Assembly: GCA_951406725.2 (NCBI GenBank)
Contig: OX597820.1
Location: forward strand, 98,890,001 to 98,954,000
Length of the DNA: 64,000 bases
Source of the DNA: Octopus vulgaris
Lineage: Eukaryota
Direction: 5' to 3'
The notes beneath the pieces are model-generated. The model was not told where the DNA came from. It saw only the letters and a program-made list of their open reading frames with translations, and did not search any database. Within the stretch, counting starts at the first letter, position 1; every line of letters begins with the position of its first letter. Of the stretch, positions 55,341 through 64,000 are shown piece by piece. The position numbers were made by a program, and so were the translations under genes.

Positions 55341-56121
55341 CGTCTGTCTGCATTCATTGGGAGTTTTATTATCGCCACCACCACCACCACACAATCATGA
55401 GAACAAATATTATGAATCAGATATTTATTGGGTTAATTTACATGTGTTTGTGTGTGTGTGTCTATATCTATATATAAATATGCATATATAATGTATATAT
55501 ACAAAGTGTACATATCTGTATTTATATAATATATATATCTAATTTGTATACATTTGTATATATAATGCGTACACACACGCACACACATATATATAATGCG
55601 TATATATGTACATATATATATTTAATGCGTATATATATATTATGTGTGCATTATGTGGTCAGTTGAGCAGAAAATATGCACACCTATATTAAAAGTGCTG
55701 GCGAGTTTGCATGGCAATTATTTTTTTCCTCAAATGAAAGGCGTGACCTCTAGGACAAAATTCCTCATCTTTTAAAATGTGGCCCGATTACACCCGAATG
55801 AAATCGGATTATATTAACCAAACAAGTAAAACAATGAAGAACTATGCCATTTTAATCCCACGTAAGGTCGGGTATCTCTGTAGGTCTACAACATATTTGT
55901 GAAAAGGGCAGACGTTGCCTCACAAGCAAAAGTGTTAGTAAATATGGTAGGATTCGGTAGGATTCGGCTGAAAATTTGCACACCTGGCGAGTTTGCATGG
56001 CAACTTTGAGTTTGCTCAATTGAAAGGTGTGGCCGCTAGGGCAAAATCGAGTTATAATACCGAAACAAATAAAACAATGATAAACTATTTTAATCCCGAG
56101 CAAGACCGGGTTTCTCTGCTA
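54945..56121 (+). mobile_element. composite non-autonomous Helitron-like element with duplicated 3' module
   Basis: A|TCAATATCTATAAATCTG start. The module CTGGCGAGTTTGCATGGCAA...TTTAATCCC..CGGGT.TCTCTG occurs at 55698-55880 and 55984-56121. Confidence 0.55.
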
Positions 56122-56861
56122 TCTATAAAAGAGGCTTTGGGTCAAAATTGTGTGCACGTTTTGCTACGTCAGAGGTTGGAGGTCACACCAGTGGTCAGAT
56201 CGAGCTGAAAATTGACATAGGCATAGAAGGCGTGATGAGACAGAGAGTTGAGTAGATTAAAACTCACCATCTGGAAAGATGCGGTTGCTATGGTGAGAAG
56301 ATTCAAGGGGGCTCTAAGCCCCTCCAGATTGGCGCGATTAGCATCTAATTTTATCTATAAAATGAAGAAGGCAAACGTAAACACAAATTGGATTTTTAAG
56401 TAAAAAGGGGTCTAAATGGGGCTGGAAGGGGATTCAAATTTACAAGAGGGGGTAACTTGAAGGGGGAAATTGATTGGGAGACTTTTGTGGCGCTACAGTG
56501 GTTGCTTTGGTGTGAAAACTGGGATTTTATTGATTTGGGGGGGACACTTGGTGGTCTAGATCGGACACCTTTTGCCTGATTTCCATCAAATTTTCAACAT
56601 GGTAAAGTGGAAGCGGATTTGTAATTTAAACGTGGAAATCTAATTTTTTTATAAATGGCAGAGAGATAGATAGATAGAGAAAGATAAAGAGTAAGAGAAA
56701 GCGAGGGAAAAGTCCGAGATAAAGGAAGAGTAAGAGAGTGGCAAAATGAGAAAGGATAGAGAAACAAAGAGGGAGAATGTGGCGATAAGAAACAGAAAGG
56801 AAGCAACAGAAAGTAACAACCACAACCTCACCTGCGCGTAGAGCGGGTCACCTTAAGCTAG
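56122..56861 (+). mobile_element. non-autonomous Helitron
   Basis: A|TCTATAAAAG 5' end; CCTGCGCGTAGAGCGGG hairpin followed by CTAG|T at 56858-56862. Confidence 0.7.
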
Positions 56862-57659
56862 TTCAATATATAAAATAAAGATAAGATCTGCATTTATTTG
56901 TGAATGTAATTTGGTAACTGATATATGAAAAAAAAATTTACAATTTTCATATACAAATAATCAAATAAATGAATAAGTACACAAATTAAGAAAAAAAATT
57001 AATTGATGTATTTCGAAATGTGTGGCATTCCAAGGAAATATTTTCATGGCATATTTTAAACGAATCAATTTCGAATCGATCTTCTCAACACCTTGATTGT
57101 CATTGCGATAGTAGCTTGATGATCAGCTAGGTGAAAATTCTATACACACATGTTCTTTTCAGTTTAAGAATGTGTATCTGTACGGACGGGTGTTGTTTTC
57201 CGTGTGTATATGTATGTATGTATGTATATATATATAATATACATATGCATATATGGGTACAGGACGTCACCAAGAGTAAACATGAATATGAAATACGAAA
57301 ACAAATTAGTTCAATACGCAAACAACGAGAGAAACAAATGGAAAACAGGACAAGTAACATAAGGAACAACCCTCCATCAGTTGTCGGCTGTCTATCTACT
57401 CCACATTTCGAGCATTGAACGACAATATGAGTCTTCGTAGAGAGTTGCTTCTATAAGTACTAAAATAAAATTTGGAAACAAAAACAGGACATATAAGGAA
57501 ACATACAAGGAGACATACAAGGAAACCGAACGAAAACAAAAATGCTGGGTCCTAAGACCAGAACGAGAGTAAAATAGCGGTCGCTGGAGGAATATTTTCT
57601 TTGACAAGAGAAAAGATAGAAGAGAGAGATAGGATACGTCCAGTCCTTGCGACAGACCT

Positions 57660-57840
57660 GTAAAAAAAGAAAGTTCTGGTGAAAGAGTAAAGCAGGGTTC
57701 ACAACCACCCCCTACCGGAGCCTCGTGAAGGTCTAGGTGTTTTTGTTCGATAAACACCACAATACCTGGTCTGGGAATCGAAACTGCGATCCTACGTCCG
57801 CGAGTCCGCTACCCTAATTACTGGGCCATTTCGCTTCCAC
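57660..57840 (-). mobile_element. SINE family C, 5' part
   Basis: Matches 50375-50551. Confidence 0.85.
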
Positions 57841-58265
57841 ATGTGTGTGTGTATGTATGTATGCATATATATATGTATATGTGTATGTTTGTACCCGCAC
57901 AAACACATACACACGCATATATATATATACATATATATAAACATATAGCTACCACAAACATGCGGTGACATGCAAACATAAATATTGAGTGCGTGTATAT
58001 ATATGTATATATATATATATGTCTGTTTGTGTGCGTGTGTGTGTGTGCATGTATGTATGTATGTATGTATGTATATAAGTGTATGTATGTATATAATAAA
58101 GTCACGCGCATAGATACGCGCACTACACTCAGATGCACATATGTCTATGTATCTATGTATGCGTCTATGTATGTACGTATGTATGCATGTATGCATGTGT
58201 GCGTATAATAGGTAAATAGTCAAGACATTAAATAGATAGATATAGATAGATAGATATAGACATAC

Positions 58266-58341
<76 letters not shown>

Positions 58342-58912
58342 TTACAGACAAGATAAATAAATCACGCGCATCTCTATGAATGTATACCAGTGAACATACA
58401 TACGTATATAGAAATTACATTCGTGTAAGTTTTTGTCTGATTTTATATATATATATATAGAGAGAGAGAGAGGGGGAGAGAGAGAGAGTAACACAAAAAC
58501 AAGCACGAATGTGATTTCTATATACGTATGTGTATATATATATACACATATATACATACATACATATATCTATGTGTGTGTATATATATGCACACACATA
58601 TGTATGTATGTGGATTTATATATATGTGTGTATGTGTGTATGTGTATGTATGTTTATACATGTATATATGTATATACATATATACATATATATATATACG
58701 TACATACACATACACATACATATATTCATCCACATACATACATATGTGTGCATGTATGTATGTAGATATATATATATGCATGTATGTATGTATGTATGTA
58801 TGTATATATATGTGTGTATTTACGTGGATACAGTACATAAAAAAATTATGGTATAGGGATATCTTCTTATTCTTATATATTTATATGTGTGTATTTATAT
58901 GCATATACATAC

Positions 58913-59026
<114 letters not shown>

Positions 59027-59467
59027 GTATGTATGTATGTACATGTCTCTCTATGTGTATGCGCGTATGTGTGTGTAAACACAAATCTTCATAAGGCAAA
59101 AAAAAACACTACATTAAAATATCCCTATGAAAAACAAACCCACAAAGGTATGAAATCCCGTATACATAAGCACAATTGCCCACGCAAAAACATTCACACA
59201 CACAAATGTACTCGTCAGACACAAACACAAATACACACATGCTAATACAAACATAGGGTACGTTTAAACACACTCGCACGCATACACACATATAAACATA
59301 TATATATATATATACATATATAAATATTTATATATATATATTTATATATCCACGCTTAGACACACTCATACACAGACATAACAAACACGTACTAAGTCAG
59401 CAAAATAATACACCAACCTACATATTCACACATATACGCACAATAGACATATATATATATATACATG

Positions 59468-59512
<45 letters not shown>

Positions 59513-59561
59513 ATATGTATATATATGTATATGTATATATATATATATGTCTATGTATATA

Positions 59562-59611
<50 letters not shown>

Positions 59612-59625
59612 TACATATATATATA

Positions 59626-59685
<60 letters not shown>

Positions 59686-59982
59686 GGACGTGGAATCAAT
59701 GAATGAATTGCAAGAACGCCAAATCCGTACTAATTTATATTCTGTTGTATTGGTGAGTCGTTAGAGAGATACAAATTTTCACCTGAAGAGATATATCTTA
59801 ACACAATGTACGGAAGTTCCATGCTACGTATCCTACCATTGGAACAGCGAATCAACCAATAATGCTCAGAGGTTCGAACACTGGAAAATTCGATTCTTCT
59901 GACATTCTGCGTGTCTTTGCCAAAAAATCACATTCCGGGATTTATGTAGGGTTGAATGTGTATGTGTATATACATATATACC

Positions 59983-60018
<36 letters not shown>

Positions 60019-60025
60019 TGATATG

Positions 60026-60125
<100 letters not shown>

Positions 60126-60145
60126 TACATACATACATATACATA

Positions 60146-60183
<38 letters not shown>

Positions 60184-60429
60184 TACACATATATATATAC
60201 ATATAAGTAAACACGTATGTCAGTGTATGTGTGTGAGTATATATGTATATACATATATATATATATATATAGATATATACATATATAGATATACAGACGT
60301 ATATGCATACATTCACGCGCACACACCTTCATACATATGTATGTATGTATACTTCTATATAGTTTTTCTTTTTACTTTTTAGTTGTTGCAATCGACGAAT
60401 ATATACACATGCAAGCGCATACATACGCA

Positions 60430-60519
<90 letters not shown>

Positions 60520-60540
60520 CATAGAGAGATACATACATTC

Positions 60541-60571
<31 letters not shown>

Positions 60572-60910
60572 TTGGTTTTCACACACAGTCATATACACAC
60601 ACATTCACAAAGAGCGTGCTCGCACACACGATCTCTCACACATATAATGTGCGCGTATGTATGTGTGCGTAAGTATGCGTGTGCAAGTGTGTGTGTGCGT
60701 GTGTGTATGGCTGGGTGTGTGCACGTTCTGCTTACTGATGTATACAGCGCGAAAAATATTTTTTGATATTTTGAAAGTTTTATCAAGACTGAGCACTGCA
60801 TATTTATGAATATGTATATTCACATATATACTCATAATTATACATACATACACACACACATACACACACACATACTCACACACACACATATATATATACA
60901 CATATACACA

Positions 60911-60998
<88 letters not shown>

Positions 60999-61081
60999 GG
61001 TCCCGGGTTGATTCGGGGTTAACCACAGTAAATAAGGTACTCAATACATAGCAGAGTAAAATTAATTTATTATATAGAAGG

Positions 61082-61132
61082 AGCTTCTACAGGACTAGAA
61101 CTGTTTCATTCAAGAGAAATCTTCAGGAAGCT
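61082..61132 (-). ncRNA. type-I hammerhead ribozyme with all three stems
   Basis: AGCTTC-CTGAAGA-T-TTC-tctt-GAA-T-GAAA-CAG-ttctagtc-CTG-TA-GAAGCT: 6-bp stem I, 3-bp stem II, stem III, GUA triplet. Lies in a fragment abutting (TA)n. Confidence 0.72.
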
Positions 61133-61689
61133 AGTTAACAAGAATTGTATTGGCATTTATACATTTAGGCAGGTTTAAAGGGGTGTTGGTGGGGGACTTT
61201 TTGGGGGTAGGCATAGCGCAAAGTATCATACTTGGGGGAGTGGTCAAGGAGTCAGGGTTAAATTAGATAGAAGAATAAATAAAAAAATAAATAAATAAAT
61301 AAAAAAATAAAAAAATAAAAAATAAAATATATATATATAAAAAAAGGGGAAATAGAGTTTTAGGTAAATAAGGAGATTCTCACTTATACCTATGCACATA
61401 TGTATACATATATACACACACATACAAACATATATACATATACATACACACATACATACACACACATATATATATACATATATATACACTTACACATACA
61501 TATACATATCTACACATACACATATATGTATACATATACACACAGAAAAATTTATATACACATACACACACATACTCACATACACGCATACACACACATA
61601 TATCCACACACATGCACACACAGCAGCACATTAGTCCCTATATACACATATATACACATACACACATATATACACACACATACATACAT

Positions 61690-61736
<47 letters not shown>

Positions 61737-61764
61737 GTGAGATAACTAAAGAAGAAACGATTAT

Positions 61765-61863
<99 letters not shown>

Positions 61864-61910
61864 GAAGTGAGATAACTAAAGAAGAAACGATTATCTTATG
61901 AACTTCATTG

Positions 61911-61990
61911 GCTTACAGCGGTTTCCGCTCTCAGAAGTGGTGGACTCATACTTGAGTGCCTGAGTAACACCTTACAGTTTCATCAGCACT
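61911..61990 (-). ncRNA. degenerate hammerhead-like motif
   Basis: CTGATGA...GAAACCGCTGTA; stem I does not pair well. The adjacent ~39-bp segment is duplicated at 61731 and 61861 across a TA tract. Confidence 0.4.
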
Positions 61991-62023
61991 TTAAATATGA
62001 AGTTGTACATATACATATATATC

Positions 62024-62270
62024 TTTTACCTTCCACTTGTGTCTGTCATTAGACTTCGGCCATGAATTTTTGGTCGAATCCATCGAAAACCAGAACTTAT
62101 TTTTTTAAAGTCTGGTACTTAACCTATCGAATCATTTTGCCGAACCGCTAGTTACGGAGACGTAAACACACCAAAAACGGTTGTGAGGCGGTACTGGAGG
62201 ACAAACACAGATACAAAGGCACACAAACACATACACACACACACACACACATACACACACTCATACAAAC

Positions 62271-62319
<49 letters not shown>

Positions 62320-62333
62320 ATAGATAGTGATAT

Positions 62334-62401
<68 letters not shown>

Positions 62402-62588
62402 GATACAGACACAGATATACTTATATATACTACAGGCTTCTTCCAGATTCCGTCTACCAAATCCATTCACAAGGTTTGGGTCGGCCCGAAGCTATGGTAG
62501 AATACACATGCCCAACGTTCCATGCAGCGGAACTGAACCCGGAACCATGTGGATGAGATCCAAGTTTCTTAACACAGCTTCTCCTGCG
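62024..62588 (-). mobile_element. SINE family A, diverged, with expanded internal microsatellites
   Basis: GCCGAACCGCTAG...CCGTCTACCAAATCC...GAACCCGGAACCATGTGG. Confidence 0.8.
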
Positions 62589-62756
62589 ATATATATATAT
62601 ACATATATATTTCACTCCGGCATTCCAATACTAATAACATGGTGTTACAACTCATTATGCATATGTTTCAGAGAACACCATTAGTTGAGTGCAGAACGTA
62701 ATAAGACGTTATATAAATTCCAAGGGAACGAGAAAATAGGTTTAAAAAATTGAGTA

Positions 62757-62823
62757 GCTTACAGCTGTTTCTCCTATCAGATAGAATAAGTGCTTGTGTG
62801 TCTCCTTATAGCTTCATCGGAGG
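62757..62823 (-). ncRNA. degenerate hammerhead-like motif with palindromic stem III
   Basis: CCGATGA-AGCTAT...ATAGGA-GAAACAGCTGTA. GAAACAGCTGTA also occurs at ~28003 (+) and ~26745 (-). Confidence 0.4.
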
Positions 62824-63156
62824 TTCAAAATGCAGTTTAGAGTTTGAAGAGTAAAAGCCACTTCTAGAAATATGTAGATTTACATCATTGTGTGTCTATA
62901 TGTATATTCTGATATGTGTATGACGAAGCCTTGTATTCGGAGGTGTTTATGCACGCACATATAATACAGATAGAATATGTATGTTAATACACATTGTGCA
63001 TATGGTTGACCATAAGATGCCAATAAGATAAATGAAAGAGGGCGAGAGTTATAAAGTGAGGAGCTAATGAAGTCCATTACATCATTTCTTGTCCCCTTCT
63101 CATTTGTATAATTTCTTATAATGACATATGTATATATATATATATGTGTGTGTGTG

Positions 63157-63185
<29 letters not shown>

Positions 63186-63194
<9 letters not shown>

Positions 63195-63476
63195 GTGAAT
63201 GGAAGAAATGGAGTTGAACGAAGATTGTACAGAATTCCTTTTATTACATTCTACACATGTTTCAAAGGCCACAATTTTCCAAATTCTGATTAAATAAGGA
63301 TACCATATTGCAGCTTTCTTTTCAGGAAAAACCAGGAATTACGTTGTCAGAACAAAACAAAACAAAAGCGCAGCAAAGCAATTCGAACGAGGACGCTCCT
63401 TAAGAGCCCATGGGTAAAAAAAAAGGAATTCTGTACAATCTTCGTTCAACTCCATTTCTTCCATTCACTAATTATA
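63186..63476. repeat. ~56-bp inverted repeat around a degenerate hammerhead-like segment
   Basis: 63186-63242 versus 63421-63476 are reverse complements. The spacer reads CTGAAAA-GAAAGCTGCAAT...ATTGTGGCCTTT-GAAACATG on the minus strand. Confidence 0.8.
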
Positions 63477-63686
63477 TTAAACTTCAATTATCCGCGCCAA
63501 CGCACGGTTGCAACACCATATGGTCATATCTCCAACCGTGTTTTTTCTGCTGTGATTTTTGCTACCCAGGTATCGGTTAAACTTTTGAATAATCCGTAAC
63601 AAGATAATTCATCTTTCCATTTCAACAAACATATATATATATATGCAAATACACATATACATACATATATATAAACACACACATAC

Positions 63687-63732
<46 letters not shown>

Positions 63733-64000
63733 ATGTATGTATGTATGTATGTATATGTGTATATATATGTATATGTATATATATAAATATATATACATAT
63801 ATAGGGAGAGAGATAGCAAGATAGATAAATATTCATACAAACATATATATATACATATATATATGAGGGTGTATGTATGTGTGTGGCTTTTGCGTATGCG
63901 AATACAGGCATGTATATGCACACCCACCCACACACAGGCGCATGTCCATCTTTCAGTAAGTACATCATCTGGGTTCGCCAGTATCACTAACATTCTGGAT

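Overview
This is eukaryotic, very AT-rich non-coding DNA, saturated with microsatellites. The SINE and LINE repertoire suggests a coleoid cephalopod, probably Octopus; that is an inference from pattern recognition, not a search. I found no intact host gene, rRNA, tRNA or CRISPR array, and almost all listed ORFs are translations of (TA)n, (CA)n, (GATA)n or (TAA)n tracts. The window is a mosaic of mobile-element debris. It holds four tRNA-type or tRNA-like SINE families (about 25 copies), 3' remnants of RTE, Tx1/L1 and Dong/R4-type LINEs, mariner and maT(DD37D) transposase relics, hAT and piggyBac-like MITEs, and non-autonomous Helitrons. Most notable are many Penelope-like element (PLE) fragments carrying GIY-YIG remnants and about 10 hammerhead-ribozyme-like (CUGANGA...GAAA) motifs. 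These include a tandem pair 297 nt apart (retrozyme-like unit), a complete type-I fold, and a recurrent non-canonical core variant. One short open stretch encoding acidic pentapeptide repeats (49334-49486) is the best candidate for host coding sequence. Coordinates were counted by eye, and ends of degenerate elements are approximate.
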